Of a DNA stretch of 64,000 nt, positions 38,915 through 54,773 are shown piece after piece. The stretch lies in the NCBI GenBank assembly GCA_003971905.1, contig RSEE01000014.1, positions 372,001-436,000 of the forward strand, in the 5' to 3' direction. The translations under genes and the position numbers were made by a program. This stretch comes from Moniliella sp. 'wahieum' (Eukaryota). The first letter of the stretch is position 1. The number at the start of each line of letters is the position of its first letter. A model generated the notes under the pieces. It was not told where the DNA came from and did not search any database. It saw only the letters and a program-made list of their open reading frames with translations.

Positions 38915-39688
38915 ATGCCTGCCTCATTGGTACTGGCCCGCTCGCAGATCGACGCATTACACCAAGAGGATCCGGCTTACGCGGCCCACAAACGGGGGGA
39001 GCAGCTCGACGTGGTGGATGAGCTGCAGTACGCCGATTCGATGGAGCGCTGGGCACAGGAGCTTCTTGCCTCTCGTCCGGACGAGGAAAAGAATTCATCC
39101 CCCTTGGACAGCGACCTTGTTCGTCTTGCAGCACGGTGCCAGCACCTGGAGCGATTCAAGACCCCACGTTCATCTTACCCGGAGGGCAAGGCTGGGTACC
39201 TGCGCTGGCGGAGCAAATTGTATGTTCTCCAAGCGGACCGAGCCCGCGAAGTACTGCTCGCATCGGGGGTATCGGAGACGGACGGGGGAAAGTGCACAAG
39301 TGGGTGCGCAAAGGTGAACTCAAAGCTGGCCAGCAGGACGTAAACGATCCAGGTGCGTATCTATTTTCCCTCTTGGATGGATCTAATTCGCCTGATTACG
39401 AACAGGCTCTCAGCTTCTCGAGGACGCGGCTGTGCTCGTCTTCCTAGAGAAAGAGATTGCGGGTTTTGCTCAGAAGCACAAAGAGTATACGGAGGACAAG
39501 TTTGTCGAGATCCTGGCCAAGTATGTGGTATTTTGAGGAGAATCATGGGATCGGAGACTGACTCTCTTTCCAGGACCTTGCGCAAAGTCTCGCCCACTGC
39601 TGTTCAGGCCGCCCAGCGGATCGACATGTCCCCCGCCATTGCTGCCTTGCTACAAAAGGCAGCGACCCAAGCGACAGAATCGGCATAA
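38915..39688 (+). CDS. DUF4202 family protein
   Basis: IDALHQEDP, ELQYA..M..W, LAARCQHLERF..PRSSYPEGKAGYLRWR, LEDAA.LVFLE, intron GTATGT...CAG, then T.RK.S. Confidence 0.85.
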
Positions 39689-39719
39689 GAATTCACCTCC
39701 AGTGTGTTGGTAGATTACA

Positions 39720-40440
39720 TTCCAGGTTTAATTCATGGGCAGCAGTTTCCTTTCGGAGGGATCGCGATTTGGGTCGTCATCCATTGCTGCCCCAGAACTA
39801 GAGCGGCATGCCCCCGGACTAGAATGTCGGGCTGACCGCAGATGATTCGACTGCGAACCTCAGTAGGGAGGGTATTCACCCACTGCATCACCTCCTCGGT
39901 GGAAGCATGGGCTGTCGGGGGAAAAGTTAATACCGATGCTCGTCGTATTGAGACCGACGTACCTGGATCCACAGCGATCTGGCTCGCATCTTGAGCGCCA
40001 CCTTGGATTTTAGCAGCGCTTCCTTGGGGTCACAGGAAATCACTACACCGGCCTTGGATACCAAATCGGGCGGACAGTCGGACAGATGCTGATACGCCGG
40101 TAACGAAAACGTTGCAGCGGTAAAAGTCATGTCACCTCCCACTAAGCTGTGGTAGAGTCCTGGTGAGAGAGAGGATAAGTCAGTGCCACCCCCGCGGATC
40201 AAGAATCCCGTCTTACTCCTGCTGCGAAACCAACGCTGAACCTGGAAACGATAAAATCAGAAACACTGCCATCCCAGATCAATGAGCGCTGCGACGTACC
40301 TTGTGGGCCGGTGACTGGATGTCAGTGTCGACGCCAACGATCAAAAAATGTGGGCCTGGAAGAAGTTCTAGGGAGAAAGAGATGTGTTAGTCCTGTGGCC
40401 AGTCCTTCTCACACATGTGACAAAATGCGCACAATCATGC
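39720..40440 (-). CDS. Hypothetical protein (intron-containing)
   Basis: Open - strand segments separated by two GTACGT...AG intron-like stretches (~39962, ~40299). No domain recognised. Confidence 0.35.
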
Positions 40441-40780
40441 CGGCAGAAACCATCCAGTTTTGCGGTTGATTATGGCGCAGAACGTTGCGACATACCCCCA
40501 TGAAGTTGGGGAGTGAGGTGGACGGCAGGAGCGAAAGACCAGGTGGGAGCGGCAATGGTCGCGGCGGTACCCTGGGGGTGGACGCGTATTGCGAGGCTTT
40601 GGCGCGCGTTCTTCTTCAAAGAAGGCAGCGCATTCTTAATGCGCATGTGACCCGACATGATCAGAGTGGTAGCGGTGGTGAAGGTTTGCGGGAGCGATGA
40701 TGGTAATTGTGTGTGTACTTGGATCCGGCTTGCATTTTTGAGGAAAAGAATATTACATCGACAATTTCATGCAAAAAGAG

Positions 40781-40878
40781 CGTTCCATGTTGGGCTCGAA
40801 CCAACGACCTCCCGATGCCTAAGGGCAAAGGCCGTCTGTGTAACAGTCGGACGCTCTAGCCAACTGAGCTAATGGAAC
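40781..40878 (-). tRNA. tRNA-Asn(GTT) with 24-nt intron
   Basis: GTTCCAT/ATGGAAC acceptor, GCTC/GAGC D stem, TCCGA-CT-GTT-A[intron]A-TCGGG, GTTGG-TTCGAGC-CCAAC, and T5 downstream. Confidence 0.95.
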
Positions 40879-41008
40879 ACGATACTGCTTCCCAAACAGT
40901 ATAGTTCTGATGGTTCACAGACTAAAGTCGGTCGTCAAAGAGTCATTAGGAGAAGACCATTGAGGGTGGGCATCCGATAACCCGTCCCCACCGTCCTTTT
41001 GGATATAT

Positions 41009-41960
41009 TGTTGAGCCATCGGGTGGCCCGTGCTTGGCCCAATGTCCCTTCAGTTCCTCCTCAGGCCTGGAAGTTCCGTTGTTTTCTCTCTCTCCTCTGT
41101 TTTCCTAGTTGTTCCGCAGCTTAGCCCCTGGTGGCGACCCGCTGCTTGATATTCCTTTGTACATTCCTCCTCTTGCCCTTGCCCTCGACCATACGCCAGA
41201 CAAGGACGCATTTCTCGTCACCGTCGATGGTGTTCGTTGGCGCCCAAGTCCGTGCGGGATCTAGTCGGCCACCCTGCTTTTGACGATGTCCTTGCTGCCA
41301 TGCGCGTTGAGCTAACGCGTTTTGAATCTCGGAAGGTGAAGGAAATCGTGTCCATTCCTCCCGGGGCATGTGTACTAGTCCATCTGGGTCCTAAACTTCT
41401 TCATGACAGATGCAGAGGGTCGCTTTGTCAAATACCGTGGCCGTTATGTCGTGGGGGGGCAATCATCAGCTACCCGGTCGTGGACCAAATCGTTTGCTCC
41501 CGCGGTTCGAACTTCAGCGGTCAATACTTTGATTGCCATCTTCGAGGAGGAAGGGCTCCAGCTCTTCACACCCGATATTGAAACCGCTTCTCTTGACGCT
41601 GATGTCACGGAAGAGGGCTATGTTCGGCCCCCTCCCTTTTTCCCCGAAGGGAAGGGCAAGCGCTGGAAACTGAAAAAGAGTCTTTACGGTTTACATCAAA
41701 GCGGGGCTAATTCTGGTGATTGGCTGCATATTTTCCTCTGTGATCGACTTGGGTTTACCAGTCTCAAGTCAGAGAGCCAGCATGTATCTTCCTTCGTCAT
41801 ACCGATTCCCTGAACCTCATTATCTTGGCGATCCACACTGACGATTTCCTTGTTGCTTGCTGTTCGGAGTACGATTCCTTCCTTGTCGAGCTTCGTCGTC
41901 ATATTGAGATTAAACCCAATGGGCCCCTTCGTTTCCACCTCGGATGCCAGTAGGACCGCA
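41009..41960 (+). mobile_element. Ty1/copia retrotransposon relic (LTR + degenerate RT)
   Basis: TGTTG-initiated LTR-like block shared with 17817. RVT_2 motifs AM..E, KYRGRYVVGG, SFAPAVR, DIETASL, KLKKSLYGLHQSGA and ILAIHTDDFLVA (YVDD-equivalent, ~41822-41857). Confidence 0.85.
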
Positions 41961-42973
41961 TTTTGATGGCCGTCTCTATGTGAGCCAGCCGAAATTCATT
42001 GCTGAAACGAGTTGCTACCCACGACATGACCCATGACCATCCTCGGCGTCTCCACCTCAGCCGCACTCCCCCTTCCCGACGTCCCGAGCACGAATCACGT
42101 TCGACACACGCGACTTGAATCACGCCTACCGCTCTATGGTCGGGTCCGCTATGTGATCGGCACGCATGTCACGCCCGGACACATTATTTGCCGCCACGGG
42201 ATAAGCGGGAGCTATGGGCGGGAGAACGCCGCCTTTTTCTGGGTGTTAAGTGTTAGGGATCTCGTTTTGGATGCGGGATCTTTTTTTTGGATACCTTATG
42301 GGGTCTGTTGTGGGATAAAGCAGAAGTGTGGGTCGGTGGCTCTCGGGATAAGCTAGGCGTTGGCCCTGTGAACTCTGAGGCTCAGCGCTCCGGCAGCATG
42401 ACTGGCATGGCGTGTCCACGTGGGCGGGCAGAAGGCGGGCGGGGTAGCGTGTGTTTGGAGCATGGTGCAAGTGGGGCACGGACAGAAGCCCACCGTGGTT
42501 AATCGGTGGAGGTGACCACAGCAGCTGAAAAGTGCAATTCCATCTGCTGACGCGCTGACGGTGAAAGTGATGAAACATTGGGTGCTGCTAGCGACGGGGC
42601 GGCAACGTTCAACTTGAACGTTCAACACGGAATCGGCTGGTGGAAGCCAGGTGGAACCGCATGAAGCTTGAAGCTGGAACCTTGAACGTTCAGGCAGTTG
42701 GGGTTTGACGTTGGTGTTCGCGCTCCTCCGCCTCCTCCACGCGCCTCCACGCTCCTCGTGCTTCTCGCTGTGCTCCCCATCGTGCTGCTTGCGCTGCAGC
42801 CGCTTGCCGTCTGCTGCCCCGCCGCGTCATTCATCGCCACCACCATCCGCGGTTTCTCGGTGTGGTTGCGTGTGTGTCTGTCGGTCTGCTTGCCTCCCGG
42901 CCCTTCCCATCCTCCCTCCCAGCCCCCTCTTTTCCTTTCCTCCTGCTCTTCGTCCCGTTTGCTCCTCTCGCCC

Positions 42974-46214
<3,241 letters not shown>

Positions 46215-46499
46215 GTGGGGACCCCCTCCTGCGAACAAGATGTGAGAGAAAGAATGGCGCTGGACCTGCTCATGCTGTGCTTGTCGCAAGCCCACGTCTC
46301 ATCTCATTCTCCTCCTCTCTATCTCCTCGAGTTTGTATACTATACTACTATCTGTTGCCTTGCTGGCAACTTCTGGGTCCCCCATGTCCCCAGGCCACGT
46401 TACACGCTTCACGGGCAAACAAGTTCATGAGCTATCTCTACCATTCACTCCACGGGACCTTTGCGGGTTCTTCTGATATGATGTTTTCTCTCTTCCATC

Positions 46500-47487
46500 T
46501 TTGGTCTCGTGCAGTGACGTAACGGGAGCAAGTCGCTACAACTCGATGATGGTTAGTACCTTGGCCTGTATTCAAAGCGGGGAGTCCACAATCAATCAAT
46601 TTGTGCTAAGGCGCCGGTCGAACACCGCCGCAGTCGCACCGCTCGCCGGAATACATGGGTGCGCCCGGGTCCACGAGTGCCCAAGACTCGTCCACTTCAG
46701 ATCAGGAGGCAGCAAATAGAGTCGAATGGTACGCCATGGCTGGGATCCGGCTGGCATCACTGTTCCTTGGGACATCTCGTACGCCAGCGTCCAAAGGAGT
46801 GCACAGGGCGTGGCAGATTGGAAAACACTAGCCGGAACTCCTTTTGCGGCAAGAAAAAGATGGTGCTCAGCATGTTCCTTCGCGATTAGAGCTTGAGTTG
46901 CGGATATACACATCTAGTGGCTCCAATCGACTCTATGTGGCTTGTCAACAGGCCCCGCCTAACGTCAGACATTGGCCCGTATTAACCTGTTTCCTTCGGG
47001 GCGGTGATAAGGGGGGGGGGTACGTAGAGTAGGCTCGTGCTGGGCTCAAAATGTTGGCAGTGTGGGAGGGGAAGTGATAGAAGTCGGTAACCCCCCTGCT
47101 CAGCGCTCTTGGGACCACCCAAATCATTGTCACCGTCGCCCCTAACCAAAAGCGCAATCTTACCGTTGCGAGGAATCCTTCCCTTCCTCCTCCTCATCCG
47201 CGTCAACGTCCCCTACCTCATTTTCGGTATCAGCTGTTGGGCACGACAGTCCTAAGCGCAAAGACGTAACGAGTAGCTGTCTCCGGAATCACCCCGCCAC
47301 GCGCATCCACAGCAAGTGCAGCACAGAGGCTCTTCACGTATGAGGTGCTTTCGGCATGGTTGCATTGTTGGCGCGCGGCGGGGAGGGGCCCCGGCAAGCC
47401 AAACGGGGGCGGTAGGTCTACTAAGCAATTCTGGGCGATGGGCGCCGTGCTCGTCATGGAACACAGATGCAGCAATCGCACCGGCAT
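46500..47487 (-). CDS. Hypothetical protein (fragmented)
   Basis: Successive - strand ORF fragments 47230-47487, 46945-47157 and 46596-46913, divergent from PET100. No domain recognised. Confidence 0.3.
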
Positions 47488-47805
47488 TTGAGTGAGTGGT
47501 GAGATGCTATGGCGGGGCTAGGGGCTGGAATGGCGACCAGCGATGCCGACGTCTTTCGATGTTGTCTCCCTGGCGTCGTTGCCCGTCGGCGTCGATTTTG
47601 CTAAGCGATGTATGTCGCGGTTGGGTGGGCCACACGGTCACGGACTTAGAAATTTGAAGGGAGCGGAACATGGAACGTGAAATGTTCAGTCTGTCCTCGG
47701 CGGGCTTGCCGGTCGCCACCACTCAGAACATTGCTCTACCCTCAAGCTCGGATCGACGACGGCAAATACTGCACCGCCACCACCACCACTACCACCGCCA
47801 CCATC

Positions 47806-48166
47806 ATGGCCGGGCCAATCTTGAGATCCTGAAGTTTGCCTTTTATCTTGCCGTTCCCATTAGCATCATGGGCTACTTTGGCAACACCGACTTTTTCTAC
47901 AAGCCCTTTGTCTACCCTGAGCGCAACCGCTTCTGGCCAGACACGGACGTCGTGCGTATCCCATCGTTCTCTTCAGGCTCCATGGATGCTAGGACTCTTT
48001 TTGGAACTACTTCTCACAGATGTTTGTATACGCTTGCTGCTCCTTAGCACGAGATTCCCAAAACACGGGAAGATGTACAGGCTGCGGTGGACAAAATCAC
48101 GTTCAGCGAGCAGAGTGGCGTGCGGCAGCGGAGGCCGAGGGTCTTCTTCCTAAAAAGGATGCTTAA
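47806..48166 (+). CDS. PET100: Cytochrome c oxidase assembly factor Pet100
   Basis: MAG.NLEILKFAFYLAVPISIMGYFG, FWP, intron GTGCGT...TAG, then HEIPKTREDV. One indel after codon 4. Confidence 0.8.
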
Positions 48167-48632
48167 AAGCCTTCGACTATGCATTTCCGACTTCAGACCT
48201 TCCAATATCTTTGCGTCATGGGATAGGCGAAGCCAAGCGTGCTTGCCATATGCTTGGGCCACTTGCTGGTCGATGCGCCGTGGCATGTGAACCTGCCCGC
48301 TCGGCCAGAGCTTGTCTGTACTATTACTGCACTACTCTAGCCTTCATACCCGATCTCGTCATCGCCGTCGCCATCAATACAGCCTTCTTATGTAGCAGAA
48401 GAGGGACTTTCGAGGCAGGCCTACAAAGGCGACGGCAGTGGATATGTGCAGGGTGGGCTGAGTTATGTACCAACTGTTATTACTATTGCAGCAAGCAGGC
48501 CTGCCGATTATATAATCGAGGCTCCACGCCGCCACGTTGCTTTACAACAGGTGTCCTCATTAACCTAATCAGTATCGCTAGCCTCTTCCTGCATCTGTCC
48601 CACCACCACAGCCGACTCCCTCGCGCTGCACT

Positions 48633-49640
48633 ATGCGCTTTGGTACCATTGTGCTTGGGCTGTCTTGGCCGCCCTAGGGGCGCTGAGTCTCGTGTCGGCT
48701 GGCACCACTGGCGATAAGTTCGCCTGCCCTGTCCTACAAGCAGGGTGGGCAATAGACTTATCATCCAGTGCGTTTGACGAGCTGGCTGACGCACCCCGCG
48801 ATAGGGTGCCGCTGTTCTCTTCACCACGATGTCTGGTGGAGCGCAATGTGAAGCATGTAAGCAAGTTCAACCTCAGTGGGACTCGCTTTCCAAGCAATGG
48901 TCCAAACGTCGTGACTCATCCTTGATTTTTGGTACGCTCGACTTCTTCAAGTCGCGCGAGGTCTTCACCCGCGTACGTGATCGCCCTTTTTTGTAGTGGA
49001 AATGATCTCAAGCTAATGTTGGAGGCACGACAGCTTCGTGTAACCCATGCCCCAGTACTTCTCTACTTCCCCCCGGGTCGAGCAGCCCTAGCAAATATGA
49101 TTTTGCCACGGGCTCGTACGACGCGGAGGATATCGCTGAGTGGCTCGAGACCCAGCGGGGAAGGCCGGTTCCCTACTCGCCGCCCTTCCCTTGGCTCAAA
49201 GCGGTTACTGCCGTAACATCCTGTCTGTGGGTACAGCGACTATGTTCTTCTTGCGGCAACACGTGCCGATCGGCGCGGGCACCAAGCTCGCCTGGGCCCT
49301 CATCGTGCTGGGTATCATCGTGACACAGACCGCGGGCTACATGTGGAACCAAATCCGTGGTGCTCCCTTTGCCGGGTACGGGCCAGGAGGGCAGGTGAAC
49401 TACTTTGCAGCTGGCTTTCAGAACCAGTACAGCGCCGAGACGGGTATCATCGCGGGCCTTTACACACTATTGGCCTTTTCGTTTGTGGCATTGGTCAAGG
49501 CGGTGCCCAACCAGCCGCACAAAGCGCGGCAGCGCGCAGGGGTCTATATCTGGTCGGCAATTTTATTGATGGGCTTCTCGGTGCTCATCGCCATTTTCCG
49601 AATGAAGGCAGGGATGTACCCTTTCCGTCTGTTCCTGTGA
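48633..49640 (+). CDS. OST3: Oligosaccharyltransferase Ost3/Ost6 (TUSC3/MAGT1-like) subunit
   Basis: Signal peptide, thioredoxin-like segment (IDLSSSAFDEL..APRD, FGTLDF, THAPVLLYFPP), GYMWNQIRGAPF, GFQNQYSAET and terminal K..YPFRLFL*. Confidence 0.88.
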
Positions 49641-50447
49641 GGCATGCGATCCTTGCCGCCATCGCCAGCAGGCATAATGTGCATGACACATGAGATGAAT
49701 GATGCCCGGCCTCCCAGGTGAGAATATGTGGCTCTTCTTCGACTACTGGCCGTAATGCATCGCGCTGAATCAACGGTTGCTTTGCTGGGTGGAGCAATGC
49801 CGCATCGGCCGAGGTGGTTCTGGTGTATATAGTAGTGGAGCGATGCAGAAGACCTCGGTGTTGGGATGCAGTCAATAAGAAGCGATCCAACCCAAACCAG
49901 CAAGTAATGTTGACAAGTATCAAGTGCATGCCAAGCCGAGCGAACGAGGGCAAGAAAAGATGTGGTTTGGGTGGTGCACTTTAGGGAAGAAGAGGATATA
50001 TGGTGGTATCACACGTTGGGCGTGGCGCGCGTTACAGTATGCATTGCCAGTAGTGGCAGTAGTGGCCTGTAGCGTGTAGTGGCTCGTGCACAGTGTGGCA
50101 TGAACATTTCAGTTCCCCAAAAGATCGCTATCGGGAGCAAGGGGCTAAGCCTGAGCTGGCTGATTGATGCAATTGATGATTGAGGATCGATGAGATGAGA
50201 GGCTGAGATCCGAGGTCCAGACTCAGCCGCTAATAAGGCGGGCGCTGATACAAGCGCAAGCATGCATGAATCACGCACACCGCGCTCAGATCTGACAGCA
50301 GATCTAAAGCGCATGGTTCCCAACGGCAGCCACCATCACCACACCACCACCTCTCCCCCATCTCTCCTTCCTCTTCCTTCACCGCACGGTCATTTAACAC
50401 CTCATTGGATGACCAAGGGTGAACAACCGTGAGTTAAAGAAGCCATC

Positions 50448-52007
50448 ATGGGTTCTCCCCTCAACTTCCTGCGCGCAGCAGCCGTTCGACGTCTATATCT
50501 GCCGCCACACGTCGTCGACCTCTGGACCCGCGAAGTTGCGCGTCCACGCTACACACTCCTCATCCTTATTCTCCTCAGTGCTTACCTTTCACCATCCGCC
50601 TCCGACTATTCCACCAAGGGGCCTGGACAAGAAACAGCAACACAAACAACCGCACCCCCAGCCGTCCTGTCTCCTCCACCACTCTGCCTACCGATTTGGA
50701 CGCTTCTGATGCATCTGGGTCCCTCCGTGCCTCACTCTATGCCCTGATTGGAGTGGGTGTCACGGGCTCTGCAGTAACCATTGTGCAGCTTCTCGGACTT
50801 TGGGGGCTGCGCCTTTTGGCTGTAACCGTTGATCATTGGCTGGATTCTATGCCGTTCGTGCCTCGCAGTTACTCCCTTCATTTGAAGCTCCGGATTTGGG
50901 TCATCGCTCTCGCCCTAAGTGCTGCTGCGGTAGCCACGGCACAGCCTTTTATGGCCAGTGCTACTGCCTCGCTCGTGTTGCATGTCTGTCATTGGGGTGG
51001 CCTTAACCTGCATGATCCCCTCGCCCTCACCTCACCTGGTCCCTTGAAGCTAATCGTCTGCCTCGATTCCTTAGCCGCTGTGGCGAGCGCATTTACCATT
51101 CTCCTTGGATTGAGCCATTTCTTTCCACCCAAGTCACATGTCCGAGCCATCTCATGCTCCTTAGCCCGTTCGGCATTTATGGCGTCGATCAAAGCGTTTC
51201 TTCTGGGCCCCAAGAATGCATCCACAGCTCGAGCGCAGCAACGGTACCAGCGCCGTCTCGTCCGCCATCGGAGGCAAGTCCGAGCTATGGGCCTGCAAGC
51301 TTTCCCTGCGCCACCTCCACCAGTGTTTCGGGAAGCTTCGCCTCGTCCAACATCTCGAGTTGGGACGGTCCCCAGTGGACCCCCCGAAATGGCTGTGCCG
51401 GCTGTTAAGCCGCCTCGTCAACGGGGGCACAGTGTGAGGCTTGATCTTGCCTGGGTAATGGAGGTGGCGCTGGCATTACTCAACGTGGGTTGGCAGCAGT
51501 GCAGTACACTGTCATCCTGGCTTTACTTCCACGCGTAATCATCATCACTCTTGTGGTCGGCCTGGCGCTACATCAACAGGCCACCACCTTTATTGATACC
51601 TGGTCCGAGGCCCGGGGGGCAGCCGAGTGCCTGGAATATGTGGTTCGTCGCTGGCCTGGACCGAAGGAGGGACAGGATTCGATGGAGGAGCAAGTTTGTG
51701 CTATGTGTTTTGAGCCCGTTGTCACGCATGTTGCGGTGCCCGAGGGGGAAAAGGCGACAGAGGAGGATCTCTCCAGTGCCCATTCAGCACGTAAGGGGTC
51801 GCATGTTTGGATTGCGGGCACTGGCTCCACCCAACATGCCTTGTGACCTGGCTGACTAACCAGGGCGTTTGTCCTGTTTGTCATATGCCTCTCCAGCTTG
51901 CCCGCCAAGTCAGCGTGACTTCGCCCGTGGCATCCACCCATCCGAGGTGGGATTTTCTCCCAACGGCCCCGACGTGCCCACAGCGGCCTGAGCGAGAGAT
52001 GTGTTGA
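50448..52007 (+). CDS. Membrane protein with C-terminal RING-H2 finger (E3 ligase-like)
   Basis: Multiple hydrophobic helices followed by CAMCFE...DCGHWLHPTCLVTWL...CPVCH. Frameshifted. Confidence 0.75.
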
Positions 52008-52599
52008 CGACCCACTCTCCATGCCCAGACTCATCATCATCATTGTGTATGGCCATCCATGCTTACCATAATTGACGTTTTCTTCACCCTCATTCCAACT
52101 TCACTCTTCGCTGTAATAGCACGCATTCTTTAAGCATATAATGTCCACTCCCGCTGGTTGGTTGGCCAACGGGCGTATCGTCACCGGCGGGGGGCTCCAT
52201 ACTTCGCCGTTTTCAAACTAGATAGAGTTGCAGAGACTCTATCTCCAGGCAAAGGCACTTTCGGCCCCTGTGCTGCTTTTATTCCTAGGATGCAGAGCTA
52301 CACTGCATAATAAACTCAAAACTATTGACAGGCGGTGGTTACAGTGCGCACGGGAAGTAGATTGCCAAGGCACTTTTGGGGGTTTATGCACAGAGTTGGG
52401 GGAAGAGAATGAGTGAAGGGGCTGGAGAGACGCTCTGTATGTTGGAGCTTGTCCCAGGCCTCCTCTTTGGGCCTCAGGCTGATGAGCCGATGAGCCCAAA
52501 CCCCAATCCCCAAACCAAATGCTCGTAAGGCCAATGGCCATCTCGGAGTGGTGTGGGGCAAACCAAACCCACCACCTCGCAGCGGCAAAAAGAAAATGG

Positions 52600-52607
52600 C
52601 AGTCACG
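52600..52607 (+). promoter_or_regulatory. Homol-D-like box upstream of RPL26
   Basis: CAGTCACG (the Homol D consensus CAGTCACA is known from fission-yeast RP promoters), ~190 bp upstream of the RPL26 ATG. Confidence 0.35.
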
Positions 52608-52795
52608 TGATGTCATCAAGCAAATGGATAGGAACAACCCTATCTCATGAGTGTGACCCCGTGCTACTTTTCCCTTATTACTCGCCGCAGCAACCTGGCC
52701 TTGCTCTGGCAATCCTCAGTATGGTTGCTTCCGGGTCGCCTGGTTGTCGACGCAGACCCGAACGTCCCAAGCTAGTCCACGACTCTGCATCCGAC

Positions 52796-53427
52796 ATGGT
52801 CTCCTCAGCCGTCGCACGAACCGCAAGATCCAGCTGAGCGCACCGGCGCATCTGCGCCGCAAGCTCATGAGCTCCTCTGAGCAAAGCGTCCGCGCTGAGC
52901 AGGCGCCGTAAGTACCCTTCCCTGTTGGAATCGGGATTGTTGTACGGGACAATCTGGGGCATAACGAGACCACGGGCGGGATGGCGGGCATTGTGCCATT
53001 CGCAACTGGGGAATTATTCCTCCTCCCGTTCTGGAGATGTAGCCCGGGTGGCCGTACTGCGTCTGGATACTTCATATCGGCACTCCACTGGCGCAGCATT
53101 GGCAAAGACAACCCTTGACTGACTCGAGTGGCCCTTTACAGATTCGCTCCAATGCCCATCGTCAAGGGCGATGAAGTCCAGATTGTCCGCGGCTCGAAGA
53201 AGGGCGCTGAGGGTCGTGTGACCCAGGTGTACCGCAAGAAGTGGGTCATCCACGTTGACCGTGTCGAGCGTGAGAAGGCCAAGGAGCAGACTGTGCCCAT
53301 CCCCGTTGCCGCCTCCAACGTGGTGATTACCAAGCTTAAGCTCGACAAGAGCCGCAAGGTTATCATCGCCCGCAAGTCGGGCAAGCCTGTGGCAGATGCG
53401 GAGGGTGACGTTGAGATGAAGGCCTAA
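52796..53427 (+). CDS. RPL26: 60S ribosomal protein L26 (uL24)
   Basis: Exon 1 VSS.RR.NRK...AP.HLRRKLMS, intron 52908-53141, exon 2 RSMPIVKGDEVQIVRG..KG.EG.VTQVYRKKWVIH...SNVVITKLKLDK.RK. Confidence 0.93.
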
Positions 53428-54104
53428 AGGTTGGTTAGCGTCTCTTCCTGTCCTTTGTCCTCAACTTTCCTCATCTCCATTCCGTCTTCCTCTTACGTCC
53501 ATATCCCAAAAAACCACAGGAGCACGGTACCAGCTCATGGCCATGGCCAAGGTCATGATTGCTGGTCTTTGCTGGTGGCAGCTCTTGCTGCCGTTGGCGC
53601 ATGCTGGCGAAAGTTGGTGTTGTTGTGCCAAACGTGTGTGCGTTGTTATGCGAATGCCCATGATCTAAATGGCCTGACAACGGCATATGGCTGAAACGGC
53701 CCCGGTCAGAGAAAGAGGCCGCCAGCTCTGAAGATCGTCACCGATAGATGTGCAGGGAGGAGGGAGGAGAAGATCGATACGGCGGCTTACGCCCGGTTGG
53801 TGGTCGGTGAGTGGCACAATAAGAGGATGCTCTGTAGCACGTAACACGTAACGCGCAACGCCTTGCAGCTTACGCCCACAATGCAAGTGTCCTGGGTGTG
53901 CTCCTATTTAGGCCATAGTATGTAGGCGGGAAAGAGACCGATGAGGCGATGAGGCTCATGCACTGAAGTGAATGAGGGGCAAGGGCTGGGTCCCAGGGCT
54001 CGGCGGCGGCCACAGGGCGCATTCGAATTGGGCAGGCCGGCACGTTGAGTCGCTTGGGCTAACAATGCGGGTGGCTGCCAGGAGACCCGGAGTAGGCATT
54101 GCAG

Positions 54105-54365
54105 GGAGTAACATGTAACAGCGGATCATGAACGTGTGGCGCGTGGCGCGTACAGGGTAGGGATGCCGACGGTGTGGGGACCAAGGGGGCGGAATGGGAA
54201 TGAAACATCAGGCCTCAGGCGCGCTCAGCCGCTCAGGCACTCGGGCTGACGCTGCGGATTGAGTTCCTGAGTACTCCTCAGTACGGAGTCGGACCTTAGC
54301 CAGGCCTGGAGCCAGCGCTTGTGACATGTGGCCTGTGAGGCGTGGCGTCACGCGTGACATGTGGC
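54105..54365. repeat. Heptamer cluster upstream of the BCP gene
   Basis: TAACATG-TAA, TCAGGCC-TCA, TGAGTAC, TCACGCG-TGACATG (54348-54361). Confidence 0.7.
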
Positions 54366-54773
54366 ATGGGAGTGGCTGGGCCAGCACGGGGCGAGTATGG
54401 GGCGAGCTGCAAGGAGTGGGTCTAAAGCTTTTACAGGCATTGACATTCCCATTGTTGGTGTTTGACCCCCGTGTTTACCCAGACGGAGGACCGCACGTTG
54501 AGCGCGCCAGTATGCAAGTCCTCAACGTCAACGTTGAACCTGCTCGGGAGATCAATGGCTTATGAGGTCATGGGGATCGAGAAACAGATCGTCAGAGAGA
54601 ACTCCACGTAAGCATGGCAGCAGAGCGTGTGGCTCTCTTTGTCCAACACCCAGCCTGTGACTTTGCCCCTGCTCTACGTCCACATGGAAGCAGACGCCAT
54701 CGCCATCGCCGCCGCCCTCATCACCAGCTCCAGTTGAGTGAGTTTTTCTAGAGCGTTACAGACCAGCCTCGCC

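Noticed and set aside
46620..46670. GERCDCG resembling GTP cyclohydrolase II
   Set aside because: The preceding R.HSEC motif and downstream conserved residues are absent.
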